From: Eledone cirrhosa
Lineage: Eukaryota
DNA: 64,000 nucleotides
Direction: 5' to 3'
Assembly (NCBI GenBank): GCA_964016885.1
Contig: OZ024741.1
Coordinates: 86,118,001 to 86,182,000 of the forward strand
Shown: in pieces, positions 13,101 to 25,489 of the stretch
Numbering within the stretch: position 1 is the first letter of the stretch
How the letters are laid out: every line of letters begins with the position of its first letter
Made by a program: the position numbers and the translations under genes
Notes under the pieces: generated by a model
Told to the model about the DNA's origin: nothing
The model's database searches: none
Seen by the model: the letters and a program-made list of their open reading frames with translations, nothing else

Positions 13101-16100
13101 GTCTTAAAACTGAAAAATATGGTATCAAATTGATTGTATACATTAGTTACAATTTAGCTTCATATAAATCCATCTTCAACCTTTGTACGCTCCAATTTCA
13201 TTATTATTGCTGATGTTTATGTTAAGGTCGAATCTAGGTCAGGTTGTGGAGAGATTTTTTCACAATTTTCCCAGTGGAAATACCAATAAAGTACGAAATT
13301 AGCTGTTTTGAGTAAATAAGGTTGGATTCTGCTATTGCTTATAGATGTGGTTATCTATCCATGGTCTAATGGTTGGAGTGTTGGGCTCATGATCATAAGC
13401 ATGTGGGTTCAATTCCTTGACTAAGTGATGCATAATATTCTTGAGCAAGCTACTTCATTTCATTTGTTTTCATGATTATATTCCCAACTTATGAGAGCAT
13501 TGATAAACATGTCTTGATTCAGCAAAAGCAACAATAATAATATCTAGCTTATGCACAAATAAGACATGTAATATTTTTGTTTACAATAAATAATAATAAA
13601 ATGGAACTTGAAGATTAAAACAAGATAGTCAAATGGAATATCCATGTCTAGATATTGTTACACTTAATTAAAAGGAAAGAGTATGTTGATTAATTGATGT
13701 TGCTTGCCTATTTGATACTAGAGGGGTTGGTAAAAATGTGAGAAAACAGTATACCAAGACCTGAAATTGGAAATTGCCATAAAGTAGTTAGGGACAGTGG
13801 CAAGAAGTTTGAATGGTTGGGTGAAGCTGTTGGATATTGAAGTGAATTTCATAACTCTACAGAAAACTTGTTTGCTTGGCATCAAGAACCATAATAAAAG
13901 TGCTAGGTATAACTAAAACTAAAGGATACAGCTTGATATCTAACAATCCAATACTGGCAAAATAACAATGAAATATTGAGTGAAAAAACAAATAATTATG
14001 ATTTTTAGCTTATGTACAAATATTGTATGTATATATTTTATTTAGGTTATATATAACTATGGAGAAACTTGTAATTAAGTTTATACAGATATTTTTTATA
14101 ACATACCCAATATCATTTTCTATCATCGTTTTGTCTGCTTCCTATGCTGGCTTAGTTTTAGATAGGTTGCCACAAGAGGCCTTGTCTTGTTCACATGTTC
14201 CATATTTGGCATGGTTTCTACAACTGAATTTCCTTCCAAATACCAATCACCTTACAGTGTGTACAGGATGCATTTTAAGATGGCACCAGCACTTTGGAGA
14301 TTGTCATATGCAGAGCCAGGCTGAAGAGTCCTCTCTAACCTATATTGATTTACACATATATATATTATACATACACACACATATGTGTGTGTATGTATAT
14401 TCTACTGTTTGGATTGATTTTTTTGTTGAATAATGTTGTTTTACCTTGCAAATGCCGTATATTTATGTATGGCTAAGTGTGTGTGCATATATACATATAT
14501 CATCAACGTCATTTTAATCTGCTTTTCCCTGCTTGCAAGGGTGGGACGGATCCTATTCAGCACAGCATCTCTCCACTTGTCACAGTCCTCCGTCATCTCC
14601 TCCGTGAGCTTCAGCGATCTGAGGTCTGCTCTAACCACCTCCGCCCATGTTTTTCGTGGTCTTCCTCTACTGGGATTTCTTGACACTTCTTTACCCAGTG
14701 GTCATCCTCCATGCACATCACATGGCCATACCATTTCAATCTTCTCTCTTGCAACACCACAACTTATCCCTCTTATACCTAGTTTCTCTCTCAACACTTC
14801 TATGCTTGGTCGTTCACGCACATTGACATTGCACATCCAACGGAACGTGCTTATTTCATTTCTCTTCAGCCGTTGCATATCCTCTGTAGTTGCTACCCAT
14901 GTCTCACTACCATGCAACATCATATAACCGGCCTCTCGTATGCAGGGAGAAACCCTTCTTTGTCAACAGAGGAAGCAGCTCCCTAAACTTCTTCCAACCC
15001 GTCCTTATTCTAGATGCTATGGCCTCGGAACACCCCCACCCCCTCCCATGCTAAGCTGATCACCTAGGTACCGGAAACTGTCAACCACTTCTATAGATCC
15101 CCACCTGCATTTGAAAAATGTGTCTATCACTGCGATTACTACTGTCAACTTTCCCTGTACATCTACTGCATATGTAGTTTGCCTTACCTGTTAGTTTGCC
15201 TGCTATCCCACTACATCTCTTGTGTACCCAAGATCTGCATTGTGTACATTTTATAGAATTTATGCCAGTTCCTTTTCTACATATTGAACATGGCCATTTC
15301 CCTGATGGAATCAGTTTTGTCCTCTTTTCTACTTATCAACACTTTTTTTTGTCTTAGCTATGTTCACTCTCAGTCCTCTTGATTCCAACTGCTGTTGCAC
15401 CAGCACTTTGGAGATTGTCATATGCAGAGCTAGACTGAAGAGTCCTCTCTAACCTATATTGATTTACACATATATTATACATACACACACGTGTGTGTAA
15501 GTATATCCTACTGTTTGGATTGATTTTTTTGTTGAAGGTTGTGGAAGTGCTATTGGTTTTTCTGAGAGAAGAAACTTTAGTGGCATAGGTCTTGTTTAAC
15601 ATTGAAGAAATAAATGTCAAAGAAAATATATGATTAGGACCATTGATCCAAGTTGAGAATTATGATGTAGAGTAGCAGCAGTAAAGTTTATATAATGTGT
15701 GTGTATGTACACACATTATATATATCATCATCGCCATCATTTTATGTCCGCTTTTCCCTGCTTGCAAGGGTGGGACGGGAACTGATTCTGGCTTGATTTC
15801 TACAGCTGGATGCCCTTCCTAACACCAACCTCATTTACAGTGAGTGCTGGGTGCTTTTTTTCCGTGGCGCCTACACATCCACTTTACAGTGTGGGCTGGG
15901 TGCTTTTTTTTTGCCTTGGCACCTCCACTTTGCAGTGGAATGATAGGGACCCCATTTCTACAGCTGAATAAACTGGAGCAATGAAATAAAGTGTCTTGCT
16001 CAAGGAAACAACACATCACCCGGTCTGAGAATTGAACTCCCAACCTTTCGATTGCAAGCCCAATGCTCTAAGCACTAAGCCATGTGCCTCCATATATATA

Positions 16101-19100
16101 GATTCTAGTTTATTGGCATCGGTCTAGAAAGACCATGGATCTGTGACTAGAGGATTTTGTCAGTCTCTGATGGTGGTGTGTCTGCTGTGGCTGTGTAGGC
16201 CCACATGGGAGTGACAATCTTGTATACAGTGATTGCATTCAGTGCATTGTCCTTTCTTTCAGTGTGTGTTTCTTCAATGACAAGTTTCAGTTTCTCTTTG
16301 CTTCGCTCCATCGCTTTGCATAGTATTTGTCTCTATTGTGGGCAATCATCAACGACCTCCTCCCATCTTTGGATGTCCAAATCTATTGACTTCAAATCTC
16401 TCCTGCTGATGTCTTTGAAACAAAGATAAGGTCATGCTCGTGCTCTTTTGCTGATAGCCAGCTCACCATACAGTAGGTCCTTTGGGATCCTTCCGCTTGC
16501 GATGCACGTGACCAAGCCAGCGCAGATGGTGCTTTTGGAGCAGGGTGAATATGTTGGGTATCTTGGCGCAATTGAGGACTTCAGCGTTGGTGACCCAGTC
16601 TGTCCACTTGATATCCAAAATGCGCCTTGGACTATGAAGTGGAAGACATTGAGATGCTGCGCCTGTCTGGAGTAGAGGCTCGCTGTCATAAAATAGTATG
16701 CTGAGGGCCTTGTAGAAGACACACACCTTGTAAACAGCAATCTTGGTGTTTGTAGTTAGTTTTCTATTCTCCAAGACCTTCTTTGTCAGTCTGGTAAATG
16801 TGGAGGTTGCTCGTCCAACTCTCCTGCTGATCTTGGGGTCCAAGGAGAGGTTGTCAGTAATTGGTTAAGGAGATTACTTCACAGCCATGGTTTATACATA
16901 CAATTACAAAGGAAGGGCATTCTATTGTAAAAACATTGCCCCAAAAAGTCTCATCTAAACCCATGCCAGTATGCTAAAGTTGATCTAAAAACAATGAAGA
17001 TAGTGAAGTATTTAACTAAATTTGTGAAGATTATTTTTAAAAGTACACATTTTAATTAAAACATGGCACTGCATTAGTTTCAGTTTAGTTCATACACTAA
17101 GATTTCCAGCTTGATTCCACATCCAATTTAATTAGTGCTTGGCATCTAGGAAGCTTTTCATTGTGTGTGTACTCAAGTGAAGGTGCGTAGCCTAGTGGTT
17201 AGGGTGAGGTTGTTGGTTTGATTCCTGAACCAGGCGGCACATGGTTTCCTCACACAAAATTGCTTAATTTTGCATTGCTCCAGTCCGGCCAGCTAGAAAA
17301 AAATTAATACCATCAGCAACAGCTGAGGATTAACCCTTGCAACAAACTGGTATCTTTTCATAATAGGACCAGCTACATATGTGTGTGAAAATGTGGGCAT
17401 GGTTGAAAAGCTCACTTCACAATTATGATGCCCCATGTTCGATTATACTGCACAATATGTTGTGTGAGTGAACTGGGTAGATGGAAATTGAGTGGTAGCC
17501 AGTTAAATGGACTGTATATGTAATTCAAACGGCCATCTTTGTCAGAAACTGTCATATTAATTCTGCCTAAGAAACTATATTAAGAATACAAGTGTCTGTG
17601 GAATACTGTGTGTTGAAACTGATATAGGCTGCGTTTTCTACAATTTGATATTGTGAAGAGACTATAAATTCACAGGGCTTTCTTATAGTTATGTTTCAAC
17701 TATGGGTAGATCCTTTGGGTGTTTGGTTATTCATCATTGTTTTACATCAGTTTTCCATGCAGACATGGATGGGATGGATGGTCACAGTCTGAGACCAGAT
17801 GGCCCTGCAGACCATGTCTTTTCATATTTTCCATTTAGGTACGTTTTCTAAAGCAGTATGCTATTCCATATGTCAACGACTTTACATAATGGATTTTATC
17901 ATAGTACCAGTACTACCACTTACAAAATGTTTTATAACTAATCAGTGTTTCATCTCTCGTGATTTCAAGTTTGTGACTGGGTTGCATTACATATATTAGA
18001 AAATAAGTTCCAACTATGGAGATGGAGATGGAATTTGGAACCAAAAGGTCTTAGAGTAAACTTGGCCAAAACTAAAGTGCTAGGGAATAGGAAAGAAGAT
18101 AATACCCCGATCCCACCAGGGAAGTGACTCTGCTCCATGTGTAGAAAAAGAGTAGGCATAAACTCCACATGGTGTACGCAGTATAAATCTTGTAGAAGGA
18201 TAATGGGTAGACTAATCAGAAAGGAAGCCATGCTTCATTAAATGTGCAACATAAATGTGAGAGAAAAGCAGAGCTTGGATGAACTGAGGGAGAAGCTGGA
18301 TTTAAGAGGAATCCGAAGTGATGATCAATGGGTGAAGAAGTGCCAGGAAATGCTAGTGGATTGAAACTGCAGTGGAGGTAGGCCAAGAAAGACCTGGGAA
18401 GAGGTGGTCAGAGCTGACCTCAAATGGCTGTGACTCACAGAGGAGATGATAAAAAAACGCAGCGAGGGGAGCGATGCTGTGCTAAAAAGGATCTGTCCAA
18501 TCCATGCAAGCGTGAAAAAATGACAATAATAGTGTGTGTGTGGCTTTAAAATATTTGGCATCATCATGAAGTAATAATATGGTGAAGCTGTTATTTTCAG
18601 GCATTTAAAAATAAAAATTGAAACAAACAGCTGAATCAGCCTGATCCTAATGTGGTTCATCATCATTTAACTCAGGCTTTCCCTGCTAGGGTAAAATGAG
18701 GAGAAATATGAAGTCGTGTGGAAAGGGGGTACATATGTTCACCTGAACAAATTGGAGGGGCTAGTCCAAGTGATATTAATAGGTACCAAATCACCAGTTT
18801 GTCTGTGTGTATTGATTATTGACTAAGATCTAGCACTATAATTCACTATTGGGGTGTTGGACTCTTGTGCAATTTTTGGACTGGGTGGTTCATTGGATTC
18901 TTGAACAAGACACTTTGTTTTGCATTGCTTTTCATTATAGGACTGTGATCCCTATTATTAAAACACCTGAAAAACCTGAGATATAACCTCATAGAACCAG
19001 CTAAACCTGTATAGGTGTGAGCTTTTTCTTTTTTTTTTCCATACAAATGGGTACCAAAACACCGTTTGTCTGTTTGTTTGTGTATGTTGATTGTTCACTT

Positions 19101-22100
19101 AGATCTGGTACTACAATCCACTATTTCTTATTTCAGTTATCTGGTCTGTATGAAGCTAAGCCGCCCGTGTCCAGGGCCAAAATGGCTCAGCTGACTAAAT
19201 GTGCCATTAAAGCTATCAAGTTTTATAAACATGTTGTACAGAGTGTTGAGAAGTTCATTCAAAAGGTAAGATTGTTTATTTTAGCCTCTCTTTTTTCCCC
19301 TCCATTTTTACGCAAACAATGGTACCATGACAAAATCAGCTCTAGCTCTATGAAACATGACCACCTATTTGAAAGGGTTCCTATTTAAATAAAACATTTT
19401 CCACCATAATTTTACATAAGAACCATTTAAGTTAATGAAATAATTAATTTTAGTAAATCCTTTAAAATTGTTCATCAATTAATTGAAGTAGAGTGTATTT
19501 CATTAGGAATACAGTAACTGTAGGGTTAAATAACTGATTCAGTCCTTTATATAAAAATGTATAAAGCACTCAGCATTTTTTTGTGTGTAGGAGTATAAAC
19601 TAAGCAGTCTCCAACCCAAAAGGTTCAATAAGATCTTTTGGCAGGGGTTTGTGAAAAACAGTTTGACAGTTCTTCATGGCAATCTGAAGCTTCTACTTTA
19701 AGATGTTATTTTTTTAATTATCAAATGGTAGAGTTTGTATATAAAGTGAGGAAATGTGTGTATGGATATTCGTTCTATTATCAAACTTAATGATTCTTTA
19801 TAAATCTCTCTAAATATTTGTTTTTGTATCAAGAAATATTAAGTTTAAGGATATTTTATGTTTCAGTAATTTTTGGGCTTCATATCATGAAATGATTTGC
19901 AGACCTGGTGTAAAGCTTTCTTCTCTCTGGGGTATTTACTATTTATCTCTGTGTTCAGAATAAGCAGACTGTATCCCAGCATGTCGAAAAGAGGATGAAA
20001 TAGGTTGTTGCTTAGAAAAGGTCATCCAGTTGTAAAACATTTCCTCGAAAAAATTCCCCATGAGGGATATGAAGCTTATGAGTCCTGCAAAGCTAACTCC
20101 TGTTTTAGTTGGGAAATCACCTTATTTATCCAAAAAACAAATAAGCTAGCAATGAAATTCAGTATATACCTTTAAATAGAGAGCAGTGTATCCCAAGATA
20201 AAGGTATGTGACCTGGAAGAGGAGGAGACAGGCCCTCTTTAGTTGCGAATGACCATGGTTTTGTACCTAGAAACTTCCCCTCTGAGACACAAGCCTGGGC
20301 AAGGTTTATTTGTGGAAAAACCAGCAGTTGCGCATGCATACCAGTCTCCCCTTTTCATGCCACTAATGTTGTCCAAGGGAAAGGTAATGGCTGATACAGC
20401 TTGGTACCAGTGATGACGCAACTCATTTCTACAGCTCAGTAAACCAGAGCAGTGTGAAATAAAGTGTCTTGCTCAAGGACACAATGCAACACCTGATCTG
20501 AGATTCAAACTTGCAATCTTTCATTTGCAAACCCAACAATCTATCCACTAAGCCATGTGCCTTCACATGCAACCTAGGCGTTATGATATTGGGATCACGA
20601 TCATAATGCCAAGAGTTCAAATGTGTCCTTGAAAGCAAGACACTTCATTTTGTTGCACCAGTCCTCTAAGCTGAAAATAGTTCCCGCAGCTTAAATGGAC
20701 AGTTTTGTAACATAGAACCAAAGGTAGTTTCAGGTGGGTTGGTATCAAAAGGTTTAAGCTTGACTTTTTTTTTTCTTATTAGATTCAATTAGGTATAACA
20801 GTAGAGTTCTGAGAAGAAGCAACAAACACGGTTTGACCACTCAAAAACTCACTTTTTGCTTGATCATTTTCATGTCAAAATACATTTTTTCCCATGGACA
20901 ATTAAATATCATAGAGAATTTCTGAATGTGAACTTTCTTCTCGTAGACTTTTGATCAAAATCCAACTTACATATCATGCCAGATCCCCTCAGTCACATTT
21001 GTATTTCCACACATTTACAACATTTGTCCCATTTTTTTTTTCTAACTAATGAACGGTAGTTCTAATTCTAGTTCAATGTGCTGGAGCACTATAACTTGAT
21101 TTGTGTTGAAAATGATAGTCATGAAGAGGACTTTTTGCTTTATTTTGATATAAAAATCGATGTAAACTATCAAAGTTAGATATGTTTGGATTTTTTTTCC
21201 CCTCTGGTTTTGAATAGTCGGATAATTTGTAGTAGTGTTTACATGTTCACAAGTAGTGTTAATTCGTTTTGTTTGTTTGTGTTGTTTTTTTCTCACTAAC
21301 GAGTTTGCTTATATGTAATTCTCAGAAAGTTTCATTAATAATAAAATAAAAGTGAATAATTTTATTGATAAATATCACTAACACTTTGTAACAGGACTGT
21401 TAGTAACACTTTGGTTAACTTATAAGCCTAGGCACTGGTGATTAAACTGTGCGTGTCACCCTCTTCTATGGTGCTCTATAGGGATACCTATTAAATGTAT
21501 TGTAAAGTGCCAAAATTTAGAGAGGATTCAGTTTATGCATTGTATCAAAACTGATCCCCTCCGGATAACATATCGCAATATAGCCATGTCTGTAATTTAA
21601 TTGTTTAGAGTCATTTTTAATAATCCATTAACATTTTTTAAAATCTCTCACTTTAGTTCTATACCTACTACAAATGTCCCAAAATTCAAGTCACTGTGGC
21701 TTGTACTTTTGGATTTAGCTAGGTCTGAAAACACAAAAAGCTTACACTTATGTCATGAAATTGACTGTTTGTTGCATGCAACAAGGTTTTATATAAATAT
21801 TTTTAAAATTGCCAAAAAAATGCTTCATTTTCAAGAAACTGAAAAGAAATGGGCAACTATTATCCCATGGACATTATTAATTTGTGTAATTTGAAGATGA
21901 TTATCACTTCAGTTTCTAATATATAACATCATAAATATTTCATTTAGGCCTAATTTGGCAAGATTTTGACCAATTTGCTGACCATTCAAATTGTCATATT
22001 TCCTAAAATATTCATCCAAATTTCCTAAGTGAGGTCTCAATGTTTCTCTTTGGCTGTTCTTAAAGAAAAAGTACAGTAGAAGTTAAATTTTAATATTTTC

Positions 22101-25100
22101 AAAAATACATGGTGATACCTAGTCACAAATGACAATGGGATTTGCGCCTAAAAAGTTCTCTCTCTGAGGCACAAATTCTGGCAAGGTTGTTTGTGGAAGG
22201 CCAGCAGTCTCCCCTCTCCACTCCAACGATGTTGTCCAAGGGAAAGGCAATGGGCGATACAACTTGGCACCAGTGACGTCGCAACTCATTTCTACAGCTG
22301 AGTAAACTGGAGCAACGTGAAATAAAGTGTCTTGCTCAGTCTTATTCTGATCTTATTAGTAAAGCATAAACCTTCATTGTACTTGCTGAACTGGTAATGA
22401 GAGAATCATTATGCATGAAGTAACAATAAGTAAATTAGTGCTAAATTATTTATGGTTTGTTTTTTTTGGAGGGGGGGGGGGGGGGGTTACTGAATTTCTA
22501 ATGAAATACTCTAACCACATTTTTTTATAATTTTTAAAATAATCAAAAATCAATAAAATGATTGGCTTTTGCATTGTTAAGCTAGTGTTAGAAACCTAGC
22601 TTAAACAGTTCTTAGATATATGGTATAATTTGAATTGTCATAAATCATAGAAGCAGAGGCAGATTGATATGAAGCATTTAGCTCTTTTGATACTAAACCA
22701 CCCCAAACCATGTCTGGTTCAATGATATAAAACATTTCATTTAAAGTGTCTATATTTGAAATAACTTCTTCAATCATAGTTTTATATTAAAAAGAAATTT
22801 GTTTATAGTGTTACAAAAAGCCTTTTTGATACAAACCTACCTTAAACTATTCCTAGTTCTATGACACAAAACTGCTTGTTTTTAAGTGTTCATACTTTTA
22901 TTAAAACCTAATTTATGTGCCAAACATCAGCTTAATGAGCAAGTTATTTTAAATTTCTCCAATTTAAAAAAAATATTTTTCAAAGTTAATTGAAAACACA
23001 TTGGCAATTTATTTAATTTGAAACATTGTAGTTGTTGCAGCTCACATCTCTGCAAGTTTAACTAGCCTCCTATGAGGTTATATCTCAAAAGAAGTTTCTT
23101 GGGTATTTTAATGATAGAAGCTCCAATCCTATCATATCGAAATATAAGAAAATGGTTTGTAGGTATGTGGCATAGTGGTGGGTTTGATTCCTGGACCAGG
23201 TGGCATATTGTGTTCTTAAACAAGACACTTCATTTCAAATTGCTTTTCATTATAGGATTGTAGCCCCATCATTAAAACGCTTTAAAAAAACCTATGATAC
23301 AACCTTATATGAGGCCGGCTAAGCCAGCATAGGTGTGAGCTCTACTTCATTTTATTAAATCCTTCCAAATTCTCAATTATCTTCAAAATTAATTATCATC
23401 GACAATGTATGTTATTAAATATGGTCACAAAAGCATTAAAAATGTTTGTTGTTGGATTTCCAAAGTAACCAGTGTTATTCTTTGATATTTCAGTGTAAAT
23501 CAGAATACAAAGTACCTGGATTGTATGTCATTGACTCTATTGTACGACAGTCTAGGCACCAATTTGGTGCTGAGAAAGATGTATTTGCACCAAGATTTAC
23601 CAAAAATGTAGTGCTGACATTTCAGAATCTCTTCAAATGTCCCCCTGATGAAAAGGTATGGATTGTTGTTTTTATTTAGGGTGTTATTTTTATTTAGATT
23701 GGCAATGTCATGAGAGTGTTGGACAAATGCTTAGCAGTATTTGTTCTGGGTCAACTTTGCCTTCCAGCCTTCCAAGGTCAATGAAATAACATACCAATCT
23801 AGCACTTGTGTCATTATAATCAACTTTCCTTTTTCCCTCAAAACTGCTGGCTTTGTGCCTAAATTAGAAACCAAAGATGGGAAAGAACTCTTGAGTTGTG
23901 TCAAAGACAACCTCCCGTTTGCCGGTCCCATGATAAAACGTACCCAGTACACTGTAGAGTATGGGAACATGTATGAGCAAGATGCATGCTCCAGCCTGTC
24001 TATGAGGTCTGTGGTGCTAGTTATATACTGAACTGCTCTGTGTAGACCTGTCCAACCCTTGCTAGCAGGGAAAACGGACATTAAGTTATGATGATAACGA
24101 CAATATCTTTTTGTGTATGCTAATAAGGGGTGTGAAACTGAATGGAGTAAGGGTGTATGCTGCATATGACGTGAGAAATGCCATGATTTATGATGATAAA
24201 CGTAGGAGCAGCAGAGGAGGTTGCAAAGAACAAAAATGAAAGAAGACAAATAATGAATTGCAAAGGATGATGGGAATAGAACCGATCATGAATATTGTCA
24301 AGAGAAATGGGATGAGGTGATTTGGTTATGTATTAAAGAAGGCTGAAAGTGACTGAATGAGAGTAGTAGTGGAAATAAATGTGGAAGGAAGAGAAAAAGC
24401 CAAGAAAGACAGCTAAAAAGGATGGAGGAAGAAATTAAAACCAGGGGGAATATGGAAAAAAACAATGGAAAAGCTTGTTATGGGGTCTACAAGGCTAACT
24501 TCTGCGTAAGCAGAAAGAAATGGCCATAAAATATTTGTATAGCAGTCCAAAGAACTTAGGATGTAACCATTTGTTTCTAGAATATTATAAAAAGAAAATT
24601 TAATGCTCATAAGAAAAAAAAACAGTCCGATAATCTTGATTGTTGGGTTGTTCATAAAAATCTCTTTTATCTAAGTCCATTTTGGCCTTTCCTATGGACT
24701 AAAGGAGGAATTGGATTAAATTCACCCTTACAAGCTAGTAGAACATCTGTGGGTGATAGTTTTCACTTTTTAACCAATCGATATCTACACAGTAATTATA
24801 TGTATTCTTTCACAAAAGTGTCATCATCCAGTTGGCTTGTTGCTCTATTTTCCCTTTCAAATCTTAAAAATTCCTATGGTAATTTAATTTAAAAAATAAT
24901 AATTTGTTATTTGTGAATATAAAATTTTCTTTTGTTTGTGCTTTTTCCTTTCTCAGAGCAAAGTAGTCCGTGTATTGAATCTGTGGCAAAAAAATGCAGT
25001 TTTCCCAGTTGAAGTAATCCAGCCTTTGTTGGATCTAGCTGGGGAACCTACCAATCCAGAGTTAATAGCTTCAGGTAGCAATTTAATTTTACTACTATGT

Positions 25101-25428
25101 TTTTCTGAAGAAGTGTTTGTTTTGTTTTGTTTTAAACATATGATAGACGCAGGCATGGCTGTGGGGTTAAGGAGTTCACTTTATAATAAGTTCAGTTCAG
25201 TCTCATTGTATAGAACCTTGGCTTAATCAGTTCTTTGTGAGTGAAATTTTGTAAATGAAAAATGGACATTAAACGGTAATGACAATAAAAGTGTGAGTGT
25301 GATAGGCTTCTGCAATTTCTATATACCAAATTTCACTCACAAGGCATTTACCTGAAGTGCCATGCAACAAGAGTGATCTTGAAACCACATGGTTGTGGAG
25401 AAAACTGTTTAGTGTGTGTGTGTGTATG

Positions 25429-25489
<61 letters not shown>

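Noticed and set aside
19017-19136. ORF-track starts upstream of exons (19017, 23446, 24936, 29286, 49547 and others)
   Set aside because: Intronic read-in; the true boundaries are the AG acceptors, and the real start is ATG 4169
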